The notes under the pieces: model-generated
What the model was told of the DNA's origin: nothing
The model's database searches: none
Seen by the model: the letters and a program-made list of their open reading frames with translations, nothing else
Position numbers and translations under genes: made by a program
Assembly (NCBI GenBank): GCA_963753345.1
Contig: CAVWBU010000026.1
Location: 96,001 to 160,000, forward strand
Origin: an uncultured Fibrobacterota bacterium
GTDB lineage: Bacteria > Fibrobacterota > Chitinivibrionia > Chitinivibrionales > FEN-1185
Reading direction: 5' to 3'
DNA: 64,000 bases
In this document: positions 29,821 through 39,381 of the stretch, in pieces
Numbering within the stretch: position 1 is the first letter of the stretch
Layout: the number at the start of each line of letters is the position of its first letter

Positions 29821-30716
29821 AACAGCCTCCGGTAATAATCGTGGCACGGTTCCCGGTCGAAACTTTTTTCGCAAATCCGGAGTCATTCACAATACAAGCG
29901 TCTCGAACTTTTTTCGCCGGCGCGTACCAGAAGTAGCTGCACCCCGCGCTTTCCGACGTGACGGTCACGAGAATTCGTCCCTTGAAGCGCGCAAGGTATC
30001 GCTTGATCTCTTTCTTCCCGTTATACAGCTTCTTGATATCCGGCGAAACCAGGCGCAGCGACGCCTTGAACGGGGACAGCCTGATCGCCGTTGTGACGTT
30101 GTTGTAGACGTCGAACAGCGGCAAATCCCTGTCGGGTGCGAATGATGCCCGGCTTTCCTTGTCGTATATCGTGTCGTTTCCGCTGATAATGACATGGCGA
30201 ATAAGCACTCTGTTTTCCGCCTGCATGATGGTCGTGACGCATTTATCCTTTTTCCCGTCGCCGGTGTAATCGATCCGGTCGACTATCGTGGTGTCAAACG
30301 CCGCATCCGACCTGGAAAATGCCTTCACGGAATCGTAATGCTGCCGGTCCGTTGCCGTCATCTTCTGCAGATAAGTTTCGTACGCCTGGATGGAACTGAC
30401 GACTTCGCGTTCCGTCTTCGAGAGGGACGCCTCGTTGAACGCGGGGGAGGGATGGTACCATTCGCATTTGACGGAAGTGCTCCTGCAAATCTTTCGACTC
30501 GAAGATTCTCCCGTGCCGCGCATAGATTTCGTTGCGAAGAAGCCTGAGTTCGCCAAGGGCCGAGTCGGAGAAGAAGGCGGCTTCAATCCGTTTTTCGAAT
30601 GTTGCTTTATTAAGCGCAGGCGGCCCGGGAGGCACAGGTTCCTCGCGGGAGCAGGAAAAACCTATGATTACAAGCGGAAGCACTAACAGGTATATCGGAT
30701 GATTTTTCAATTTCAT
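29813..30716 (-). pseudogene. YARHG-domain lipoprotein, split by a +1 frameshift near 30473; possibly a sequencing error
   Basis: LRLLRNEIYARHGRIF..DLQEHF continues in the other frame as VKCEWYHP...LSKTE. Deleting one C in ttCCgtc joins them. Confidence 0.75.
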
Positions 30717-30840
30717 TTTTATTCTGTCCGATCTTCATAATAATACAACGAGCCTGATGAGGAATCAAATTTCTGGAGCTTGGATGATGGGACGTTCATG
30801 GAAATGCATCAGGCATTTAGCTTCTGTTCGTATTCGTATG

Positions 30841-30878
30841 ACCTCACCCCCGACCCCTCTCCGCCAGGAGAGGGGAGA
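30841..30878 (+). repeat. Short palindromic repeat (CCTCACCCC..CCCCTCTCC..GGAGAGGGG type)
   Basis: tcacccccgacccctctcc-gcca-ggagaggggaga hairpin. Confidence 0.55.
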
Positions 30879-30924
30879 AATCCCGCATATTGTCAAGTGG
30901 TAGAGGGCTCGCGGCAGGGAACAG

Positions 30925-31208
30925 TAATCCGCGCGTTAGGCCGGAACGGCGGGCGCGCTGGAGCGCGATGCTGCCCGGACTTTTAATTGTAGATTTTAGA
31001 TTGATGATTGTAGATTGAAAAAATATTCTGGTTGGTCTTCGCATTTCGCATTTCAAATCTACATTCTACAATCTACATTCTAAAATTAAATGGCCCGAGG
31101 CGAAAGCCGACGACCCTTGGAAGCACCCGAAGGGGTGGACCGGAGCGAGGGCCGACCCTGTTTTAGGGGCGAAAAATTTTTCGCCCCTAAAACAGGGGAA
31201 CGCCCAAG
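30925..31208 (-). repeat. Intergenic repeat family C copy with nested inserts
   Basis: The reverse complement starts ttgggcgttcccc and ends cctaacgcgcgg. It contains a 42-bp palindrome, the 14-nt module and an AT-rich heptamer hairpin. Confidence 0.8.
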
Positions 31209-31247
31209 TTATCTTCTTGAATTATTTGATGAAAAAAAATGAAGGAA

Positions 31248-32096
31248 TTAGACGCGGTACACCTTCAGCCGCTGGCTCCTTGACGAATGCTTGAGCCTCC
31301 GCAGCGCTTTTTCCTTTATCTGCCGCGCGCGTTCGCGGGTGAGGTTGAACCGCTGGCCTATCTCCTCGAGCGTGTGGGCGGTCTCCTCGCCGATGCCGAA
31401 GTAGAGCTTGATGACCTCTTTTTCGCGGCAGGTGAGCGTATCGAGGGTCTGATTGATTTCCTCGTGGAGCGAAATCTCCATGACGCCGTCGTCGGGCAGT
31501 TCCTGGTCCTCGTCCTGGAGCAGGTCGAGGAGTTTGGAGTCTTCGCCCTGCTGCAGCGGGGCGTCGAGCGACATATGGGAATTGCCTATCTTGATGGTTT
31601 CCTGGACTTCTTCTTCGTCAAGCTTTAGCTCGCGCGCGATTTCCTCGATGTTCGGGATGCGGCGGTATTTCTGTTCGAGCTTGCTCTGCGCCTTGCCGAT
31701 TTTGTGGATGGTGCCCACGCGGTTGAGCGGCAGCTTGATGATGCGCGACTGCTCGGCCAGCGCCTGGAGGATGGCCTGGCGGATCCACCACACCGCGTAG
31801 GAAATGAACTTGAAGTTCTTTTTCTCGTCGAAGCGCCGGGCGGCGCGGATGAGGCCGAGGTTTCCCTCGTTGATAAGATCGGAAAGCGGCAGCCCCTGGT
31901 TCTGGTAGTTGCGCGCGACCGACACCACGAACCTGAGGTTGGCCTTCACCAGTTTTTCTAGGGCCTTCCGGTCGCCCTTGCGGATGCGCACCGCGGTCTG
32001 CGCTTCCTCCTCCACCGGAAGGGTCTTGTTCTTGCCGATCTCCTTGAGATACAGCGCGAGCGAGTTTTCTTCCGTGAGGAACTGGTTCTTATCCAT
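31248..32096 (-). CDS. Sigma-70 family RNA polymerase sigma factor (short RpoD/SigA type lacking region 1.1)
   Basis: LYLKEIG, ANLRFVVSVA, DLINEGNLGL, FISYAVWWIRQAI and TLEEIGQRFNLTRERARQI. Confidence 0.92.
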   Translation of the reverse strand: MDKNQFLTEENSLALYLKEIGKNKTLPVEEEAQTAVRIRKGDRKALEKLVKANLRFVVSVARNYQNQGLPLSDLINEGNLGLIRAARRFDEKKNFKFISYAVWWIRQAILQALAEQSRIIKLPLNRVGTIHKIGKAQSKLEQKYRRIPNIEEIARELKLDEEEVQETIKIGNSHMSLDAPLQQGEDSKLLDLLQDEDQELPDDGVMEISLHEEINQTLDTLTCREKEVIKLYFGIGEETAHTLEEIGQRFNLTRERARQIKEKALRRLKHSSRSQRLKVYRV

Positions 32097-32331
32097 ACGC
32101 GGCACGGCTATGCTTTCGTGGGGATTTTGTAAAGCATGTGGCGAAGGACTCTACCGGTTGTGGTCGGGCGCAGTTCGGTTCAGGGCTTTGTGAGATGATT
32201 GCCGTGTTAGCCAAAATACTACATAATTGTTACGGGGTGGACAAAAAATATGGGACGGAATATAGGGGTTTACCGTGCAGCATTGTTGGGGTCGGACTGA
32301 GGAATCGCGCCATGAACCGACCGGGCCGGCC

Positions 32332-33339
32332 CTACTTCTTCCAGAGGAAAATGAGGTAAAGGATCAGGGCGCAATAGAACGCGCCGCCTAGACAGAGAAT
32401 AAAAGGATTGATGGACTTCCTGACCTTGACCCATGCGAGCACCGCAACCGCCGATGCCAAAGCGCAGGCGGCCGAAACGAGCGTGGCGCCTTTGAGGTCC
32501 CATTCGGTAAAGAGCATGCCGAACACCACCGGGAAACAGCTTTGAAACACCATGGCGCCCGTTATGTTGCCGAGCGCAAGCGTGTCTTTGCCCTTGCCAA
32601 CCCAGAGGACGGAGTTGATTTTTTCCGGGAGTTCGGTGGCGATGGGCGTGATGATGAGTGACAGGATGAGCGGCGATATGCCCAGCGCCAGCGACAGCGC
32701 CTGGACATAGACAACGAAATAATGCGCGCCCGCGATCAGCAGCGCCAGGCTCAGGCAAAGTTGGACAAGGATTACCGGAACCGTTGCCGGCAGGCGAGCA
32801 AACCTGGCGAGATACAATTCGCCGGCGTTTTCAACTTCCTTTCCTTCGCTTCTCATGGCCTGCCGAAGGTACAGCGGATACGACACGAGCAGACCGATTG
32901 CGACAACCGCCTTGAGGACGGTGAGGCCATGGTAAAAGGTTGCGCTCACCGCGATGCCGTAGAACAGGATAAAGAATACCAGATCCCGTGTAAGGTTGCT
33001 TAGGTCGGCGCTCATGCGCATAGTACGTCTGCCCATCAGCGAATAGACAATAATGGCGGTGCCCGTGACGAAAAACGCGAGCGTCGCGAGCATGAAGGGA
33101 GCGCCTGCAATCGCGCCGATGCCCACGGCGCGGCCGGCATTCCCGCCGGTGAACAGGATCGCGATGATGGGAATGATGGTCTCGGGCAGCGCAGTGCCCA
33201 CGGCGGCCAGAACGCTGCCCACAAAGCCCTGGTGCAAATGAAGCGCCTTGCCAAGCAGTTCGATTGCATTGACAAATACGATGCAGGAGAGCAGAATGAC
33301 AAGCAGGCTTGCGATAAGGAATGCCGAGTCGAGGATCAT
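32332..33339 (-). CDS. Sodium/calcium (CaCA) antiporter family protein
   Basis: Two alpha repeats, GTALPE and ATELPE, plus GNITG. Multiple TM helices. Confidence 0.88.
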   Translation of the reverse strand: MILDSAFLIASLLVILLSCIVFVNAIELLGKALHLHQGFVGSVLAAVGTALPETIIPIIAILFTGGNAGRAVGIGAIAGAPFMLATLAFFVTGTAIIVYSLMGRRTMRMSADLSNLTRDLVFFILFYGIAVSATFYHGLTVLKAVVAIGLLVSYPLYLRQAMRSEGKEVENAGELYLARFARLPATVPVILVQLCLSLALLIAGAHYFVVYVQALSLALGISPLILSLIITPIATELPEKINSVLWVGKGKDTLALGNITGAMVFQSCFPVVFGMLFTEWDLKGATLVSAACALASAVAVLAWVKVRKSINPFILCLGGAFYCALILYLIFLWKK

Positions 33340-33612
33340 TGGGTTGTCCGGAAATGGGATGAGTTGTAGAGGCAGAACCTCTGTGTAATCACAAAACTTG
33401 ATTTTGATGTCATTCCCACGGAAACATGCCATCGACACGCGAGAAAACGCACTTGCCGCTATTCCTGCCCGGCTATCATAAAATAATTATATAACCGCGC
33501 AGTCCTGTCGTTTCTCGCGTTTTCACAGAGTGTGAAAACATCAGGATCAAATCAATAATGAATGACCATCTGCAGGGGCGACAGGCACCGTATCTTCACT
33601 CCAAGGTTCTTC

Positions 33613-33642
33613 TTGACTTGCCCAAGCCCGTCTTCTTATTTT
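33613..33642 (+). promoter_or_regulatory. Putative promoter of the sugar MFS gene
   Basis: TTGACT-N18-TATTTT, followed by an AGGAG RBS before ATG 33702. Confidence 0.45.
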
Positions 33643-33701
33643 GTTGAGTCGCAGAATCCGGTTCTCACGCACCAGTCACACCTAACAAAGAGGAGAGGCT
33701 C

Positions 33702-35027
33702 ATGGCAAGCATCAGTCCAGCAGCCACCGCGACCAGCGCGCCTTTGGAACAGGGTAAAAATTACACCCCGGCTCTTGTTACGCTGACGTCGCTGTTTTTC
33801 ATTTGGGGATTCATGACGTGCCTCAACGACATTCTGATCCCTCACTTGAAGGCAATTTTCACCCTGAATTATGCAGAGGCAGCGCTCGTTCAGTTTGTGT
33901 TTTTTGCGGCCTATTTCATTGTTTCATTGCCTTCGGGCGTCATCGTGAGGAAAATCGGTTACAAAGTCGGTATCGTGGTAGGACTGCTTGTTTCCGGACT
34001 CGGCTGCGCCCTGTTCTATCCTGCGGCCAGCAGCCAGTCATATCCCGTGTTTCTTGGCGCGTTTTTTGTTCTTGCTTCAGGGATCACGCTGCTTCAGGTT
34101 GCTGCCAATCCCTACGTCGCGATCCTTGGAAAACCGGAAACATCCTCATCGCGACTGGTGCTTACCCAGGCATTCAATTCACTCGGCACCACGGTCGCGC
34201 CATGGTTCGGCTCCGTGCTTATTCTTTCGGTCGCCATCAAATCGGCAGACGAAATCGCCAAAATGGCAGACCCGGCATTGAAAGCCGCCGCGCTCCAGAC
34301 AAACGCCCACGCGGTGCAGATGCCCTACCTCATGCTGGCAGGCGTGTTCGCGCTTATGGCCATTTTCTTCGTGATTATGAAGCTGCCGAAAATCGTGGAA
34401 GAACCCCGCGAACCCGGCGCGAAACACGAAGGCACCGTCGAACTTTTTATGAAAACGCTCAAGTACCCTCATCTCGCGCTCGGCGTGCTCGGCATTTTCT
34501 TCTACGTCGGCGGCGAAGTCGCCATCGGCAGCTTCCTGGTGAACTACATGAAAGATCTGGTCGGGTTTACCGCGGAGCAGGCGGGAAAGTTCCTGATGTT
34601 CTACTGGGGCGGCGCCATGGTGGGCCGGTTTATCGGCGCAGCCGTTCTCCGGTTTATCAAGCCAAGCAGGGTCCTCGCCTTCAACGCCACCATCGTCTGC
34701 CTTCTGCTTGTTGTTACCATGGTGACCAAGAGCCATGTTGCGATGTGGTCGGTGCTTGCGATCGGCCTTTTCAACTCCATCATGTTCCCGACGATCTTCA
34801 CGCTCGCCATCGCGAAACTGGGACGCCATACCAGCTCGGGTTCCGGTCTGCTCTGCGCGGCGATTGTCGGCGGCGCGCTTGTTCCGCCGCTTATGGGGAG
34901 AGTCGCCGACATGATAGGCTTGCATTTTTCCTTTTTCATCCCGCTTATCTGTTATCTGTACATTTTCTATTACGGCTTCAAAGGGTCCACACCCAAGCTG
35001 CCCCAGGGCGTGACTGAAAAAGACTGA
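33702..35027 (+). CDS. FucP/GluP family MFS sugar:H+ symporter
   Basis: [36 protein letters not shown] and NSIMFPTIF. Confidence 0.92.
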   Translation: MASISPAATATSAPLEQGKNYTPALVTLTSLFFIWGFMTCLNDILIPHLKAIFTLNYAEAALVQFVFFAAYFIVSLPSGVIVRKIGYKVGIVVGLLVSGLGCALFYPAASSQSYPVFLGAFFVLASGITLLQVAANPYVAILGKPETSSSRLVLTQAFNSLGTTVAPWFGSVLILSVAIKSADEIAKMADPALKAAALQTNAHAVQMPYLMLAGVFALMAIFFVIMKLPKIVEEPREPGAKHEGTVELFMKTLKYPHLALGVLGIFFYVGGEVAIGSFLVNYMKDLVGFTAEQAGKFLMFYWGGAMVGRFIGAAVLRFIKPSRVLAFNATIVCLLLVVTMVTKSHVAMWSVLAIGLFNSIMFPTIFTLAIAKLGRHTSSGSGLLCAAIVGGALVPPLMGRVADMIGLHFSFFIPLICYLYIFYYGFKGSTPKLPQGVTEKD

Positions 35028-35054
35028 CGATTTCTTCGCATTCTGCAATATTTC

Positions 35055-35091
35055 AACTCTCCGGCGCTGGATGGCGCCGGAGAGTTTTTTT
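35055..35091 (+). terminator. Intrinsic terminator
   Basis: aactctccggcgc-tggatg-gcgccggagagtt plus a T run. Confidence 0.8.
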
Positions 35092-35139
35092 GTTGTTTTG
35101 CGGGGATTTTTACAGTCAGTCAAATGTATTTTTTGTACA

Positions 35140-36252
35140 ATGAACATCCTCGTCCTCAACTGGCGCGACATGAAGCACCCGCAGGCGGGCGGCGCCGAGG
35201 TGCATTTCCAGGAGATCTTCAAGCGGTTTGTCCGGAAGGGGCACCGCGTTGTCCTCCTCACCACCCGCTTCCCGGGCTGCGCAGCGCAGGACGAACAGGA
35301 CGGCATCACGGTTTATCGCTGGGGGCACACCTACCTTTTCAATTGGGAAACGCCGTTTCTTGTTAGAAAAGTCTTCCGCCGGCACTCAATCGATTGCATC
35401 ATCGACGACATGAACAAGCTTCCGTTCTTTTCGCCGCAAAGGTTTCCCACAAAGCCGTGCGGCGTGATCTTCCATCACCTGTTCGGCGCAACAGTGTTCG
35501 AGCTCGCGGCGTATCCGCTGGCGCGGTACGTGCAGTTCATGGAGCGCCTGAGCGTGCGGGCGTACCGGAACACTCCCTGCTGCGCCGTGTCGCAGAGCAC
35601 GGCAACGGAGCTTGTCGAGCGAGGATTTTCTCGGGAGAAAATCCGGATCATCGAAAACAGCGTGGACACCGACGCGTACACCCCGGACGCAGGGGTGCCC
35701 AAGGAGCCCGACCTCCTGGTGTACGCCGGCAGGCTCAAGAAGTACAAGAACGTGGCAATCGTGCTTGACGCAATGAAACGCCTCGCGGAAACGGGCAGGC
35801 GCGTGAGACTTGCGATTGCGGGATCCGGGGACGACGAAAAAAACCTGGCCGCACATGCGGACCGGCTCGGCATTGCGCAGCAGGTGCAATTTCTCGGCTA
35901 TGTGGGCGAAGCCGCCAAGATCGACCTGTACCGCAGGGCTGCAGTGTTTGTAAACCCGTCGCTCAAGGAGGGGTGGGGCATCACAAACATCGAGGCGGGC
36001 GCCTGCGGCACCGCAGTGGTGGCCAACGACGTGCCCGGCCTCCGTGACTCGGTGCGACACAACGAGACGGGGCTTCTTTACAAAGAAAACGACTGCGGCG
36101 ACCTCGTGCGCTGCCTTGCCGCGGTACTTGCCGATCCGGCGCTCCGCGCGAGGTTCGAAACTGCGGGACGGGCGCACGCGCTCCGGTTTTCGTGGGACGA
36201 GAGCGCGCGCAGGATGGAGGCATGGGTGACGGAGGCGGTATGCGCAAGGTAG
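35140..36252 (+). CDS. Glycosyltransferase family 4
   Basis: NWRD..HP.AGGAE, GRL..YKN and EGWGITNIEA (E-x7-E). Confidence 0.9.
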   Translation: MNILVLNWRDMKHPQAGGAEVHFQEIFKRFVRKGHRVVLLTTRFPGCAAQDEQDGITVYRWGHTYLFNWETPFLVRKVFRRHSIDCIIDDMNKLPFFSPQRFPTKPCGVIFHHLFGATVFELAAYPLARYVQFMERLSVRAYRNTPCCAVSQSTATELVERGFSREKIRIIENSVDTDAYTPDAGVPKEPDLLVYAGRLKKYKNVAIVLDAMKRLAETGRRVRLAIAGSGDDEKNLAAHADRLGIAQQVQFLGYVGEAAKIDLYRRAAVFVNPSLKEGWGITNIEAGACGTAVVANDVPGLRDSVRHNETGLLYKENDCGDLVRCLAAVLADPALRARFETAGRAHALRFSWDESARRMEAWVTEAVCAR

Positions 36253-37205
36253 GGTGGGCAATTGTCAAGGTCCTTGTGACCGTTGCCGTGCTCGTCTTTA
36301 TCGTGTGGAAGCTCGGTTTCGGGCAAATCCTCTCGACGGTTTCCCAGGCCGATCCCTGGTGGCTTTGTGCCGCGCTTGTCGTGTTCTTCGTGAGCGGGTG
36401 GCTGGGCGTGGTGCAGTGGGAGATCATTCTTAAAAACAGGGGGGTCACGCTTCCGTTTTCCCGGGTCTTCTCCCTGTATTTCATCGGCATGTTCTTCAAT
36501 AATTTCGCACTGGGGATCATTGCGGGCGACGCGGTGAAAGTCGCCTATATCAAGATCGGCGAGGGGCAGGGCAAGGCCGGGTTCGCCGCCACGTTCCTCG
36601 ACCGTTTTGCCGGGCTCTGGGTGATGCTCGGCTACGCGGTGTTCGGCAGCGTGCTGCTCATCAAGCAGAAGGCGCTCGAAAGCCGGAGCATGACGCTGGC
36701 GATTGTCGCGCTGTTCGTCGCGTTTGCCTGCTTCGGCGGCGCGCTCGCGTTCCTCATGTCGAAAAAGCTCCAGACGCTTGCCTTTGCGCTTATCGACAGG
36801 CTTCCCTTCCGGCGGAAAGACGCGCTCAGGCGGATACTTGACGAAACGATAATCGAGTCCCACGACGTCCACATCCTCCTGCCCGTGGGCGTGCTGTCGA
36901 CCGTGGTCCAGTTCATGAGGATCGGCGTGCACATCCTGTGCGCGGGCGCGCTCGGCATGCTTTCCGCAGCGAACATCCACTATTTTTTCATCTTCGTGCC
37001 CATCCTCGCCATGATGATGGTGGCGCCGCTCCCGTTCGGCGTGCGGGAAAGCGTGGGCGGCGCGCTGTTCGCCTTTGCCGGGTTCAAGCTGGAGGCCGCC
37101 ATTGTGATGGGGTTCCTCGCCACGCTGGTGGGGAGCGCAGCGAGCCTCGTGGGCGGTATCCTGTTCGTGATGAACAAACTTCATTTGTCAAGGAAACCGG
37201 TATGA
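36240..37205 (+). CDS. Lysylphosphatidylglycerol synthase TM-domain (flippase-like) protein
   Basis: GMFFNNF...GDAVK, LDRFAG and PFGVRE. Multi-TM. Confidence 0.8.
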   Translation: MRKVGWAIVKVLVTVAVLVFIVWKLGFGQILSTVSQADPWWLCAALVVFFVSGWLGVVQWEIILKNRGVTLPFSRVFSLYFIGMFFNNFALGIIAGDAVKVAYIKIGEGQGKAGFAATFLDRFAGLWVMLGYAVFGSVLLIKQKALESRSMTLAIVALFVAFACFGGALAFLMSKKLQTLAFALIDRLPFRRKDALRRILDETIIESHDVHILLPVGVLSTVVQFMRIGVHILCAGALGMLSAANIHYFFIFVPILAMMMVAPLPFGVRESVGGALFAFAGFKLEAAIVMGFLATLVGSAASLVGGILFVMNKLHLSRKPV

Positions 37206-38122
37206 AACTGTCCGTTGTCGTTCCGCTGCTCAACGAAAACGAAAGCCTTGCGCCCCTCATGGAGGGGATCGACGCGTCGCTCTCACGCGCGGGTGTCGCG
37301 TACGAAGCGGTGTTCGTCGACGACGGCAGCACCGACGGGTCCTTTAGGACGCTTGCTGCCCTGGCGAACCGCTATCCCGGCAGGGTGCGCGCCCTGCGCT
37401 TCGGCCGCAACTACGGCAAGGCGGCCGCGCTGTCGGTGGGCATCGAGGCCGCGGCCGGCGACGTCATCGTCACCATGGACGCCGACCTGCAGGACGATCC
37501 CGAGGTGATCCCGGACATGGTGAAACTCCTCGACAGCGGCTGGGATGTGGTAAGCGGCTGGAAGAAGAAGCGCTACGATCCCATCACCAAGACCCTGCCG
37601 TCAAAACTGTGGAACCTTGCCACGTCGCTCGTCGCAGGCGTAAAGCTGCACGATTTCAACTGCGGGTTCAAGGCGTACCGCGCCGAAGCGGCGAAAAGCC
37701 TCGAAATATACGGTGAGCGCCACCGCTACCTGCCGGTGCTCGCCGCGTGGAACGGCTACCGCATCACCGAAATGGTGGTGCCGCACCATCCGCGCAAGTT
37801 CGGAAAATCGAAATACGGGTTCGGCAGGGGTCTCAAGGGCATCTTTGATCTTCTCACGCTCCTGTTCCTCCGCAAATACATCAGGAACCCCTTGCACTTC
37901 TTCGGCCTGGTGGGGGTGCTGCTCGCGCTGCTCGGGTCATTGGTGCTGGCCTACTTCGGCGTGGAATGGATCGTAACGCGGCAGATGCATATCCGGCCCC
38001 TTGTTCTTTTGTCAATGGGGGCGATCATCATGGGCATCCAGTTCGTATCCATAGGCCTCATTGGCGAGATGATCACTCATTCCGCGCCAAAGAGCGTGTA
38101 CCAGATAAAGGAGCGGCTGTAG
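37202..38122 (+). CDS. Polyprenol-phosphate glycosyltransferase, GT2 (ArnC/GtrB-like)
   Basis: VVVPLLNE, VDDGSTD, RNYGK, MDADLQDDP, DFNCGFKAYR and two C-terminal TM helices. Confidence 0.9.
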   Translation: MKLSVVVPLLNENESLAPLMEGIDASLSRAGVAYEAVFVDDGSTDGSFRTLAALANRYPGRVRALRFGRNYGKAAALSVGIEAAAGDVIVTMDADLQDDPEVIPDMVKLLDSGWDVVSGWKKKRYDPITKTLPSKLWNLATSLVAGVKLHDFNCGFKAYRAEAAKSLEIYGERHRYLPVLAAWNGYRITEMVVPHHPRKFGKSKYGFGRGLKGIFDLLTLLFLRKYIRNPLHFFGLVGVLLALLGSLVLAYFGVEWIVTRQMHIRPLVLLSMGAIIMGIQFVSIGLIGEMITHSAPKSVYQIKERL

Positions 38123-38199
38123 GCGGAGATTTACTTCTGCAAATAATAAATAAAGAAATCAAAATGCTTTTGGGAGCTTCGCGGGGTGCGGCGTACTCA

Positions 38200-39286
38200 A
38201 TGAAAATCCTCTGCATCTGCCCCATCGGCATCGGCAATTACCTGATGTGCTACCCGGCGTTCGCCGCGCTCAGGCGGCAAAGGCCGGAGGCGGCGCTCCA
38301 CCTGCTCGCGCTGCGCCACGGGATTGCCGCTATCGCCGAAGGTGATCCGATGTGGGAACGCGTCCATGTTTTCGACCCGGACAGATTGCGGTCGGGCGCT
38401 CTGGAATCCGCGGCCGTGCTGTTCAGTCTGAGAGGCCTGCGGTTCGACGCGAGCCTCTGCTTTTTTCCCTCCAATACCTGGCAGTATTTCGCGTTCCCCC
38501 TGCTGTGCGGCATACGGCGGCGGTACGGCTTTCGGTACAACCTTAAGCGTTTGTCAAGCCTTTCTTTTCTCGGAACGGATCTTCTTCCGGTCGATCCATC
38601 GCTTCACGATGTCAACCAGAATCTCGGGCTGGTTGGCTTTTTCCTCGGTGAAAACATCGAAAATGCCGAAATAACCTTTCCCCGCCAATTCGGCGGAGGA
38701 CGACGCGAAATGGGCCAAGGATTTCCGCCGCTTGTGCGCGGGGGATTCGAAACTCATTGCCGTCCACCCCGGCTCGAGCGTGGAGCACGGCATGGACGTG
38801 AAGCGCTGGCCGCCGGATCGGTTTGCGGCGCTTGCCGACCTGGCGTGCCGGCGGCTCGGCGCCCGCGCCCTTATCGTGGGCTCGGCTGATGAGGCGGATG
38901 TCAAGCAGGCCGTCGCCGCGGCCATGAAGGAGGGCGCGACCGTGGTGGAGCCGGTGTCCATCCAAAAGACCGCGGCGCTGCTTGCGGAATGCGCATGCTG
39001 CATCGCCAATGATTCGGGCATCATGCACATGGCCGCCTGCATGGGCGTTCCCACGGCGGGCGTCTTCGGCCCAACCGATGAAAAGAGAAACGGGCCGTTC
39101 GGCGAAAAGAACCTCGTGATCCGCAAACCGATGCTAGGATTTCCCGTCTATACCGCCGACAATGTGGGCGACCGCTCCGTGCCGCCCGGGATTGACCCAA
39201 GGGCTTCTCTGAGGGCATTGACGGCAGAAGAAGCGTGGGATCATCTCGCCTCGTGGCTCACAACAGCGTTCGGCCCGCCGGCGTGA
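38200..39286 (+). pseudogene. Glycosyltransferase family 9 (heptosyltransferase-like), split by a +1 frameshift at CCCC 38680-38683; possibly a sequencing error
   Basis: N-part has GIGNYLM..P. C-part has AVHPGS..KRWP and NDSGIMHMA..GVPT..VFGPT. One fewer C joins them (ITFPANSAEDD). Confidence 0.8.
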
Positions 39287-39381
39287 ACTCGCTATGGAGG
39301 ACTTTTGTCTTGCTCGCGCGCCGCAATGAATTGTAAAATCTAGGAAACATCGTCGATTCCATCTCTCAAGGAGGGCTCTTC

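Noticed and set aside
33408-33432. gtcattcccacggaaacatgcc as a second REP copy
   Set aside because: Only the first half matches and the hairpin is not preserved. At most a decayed remnant.
38676-38690. Programmed -1 frameshift or phase variation in the GT9 gene (TTTCCCC)
   Set aside because: The run is short and three other genes show the same single-base duplication, which favours assembly error.
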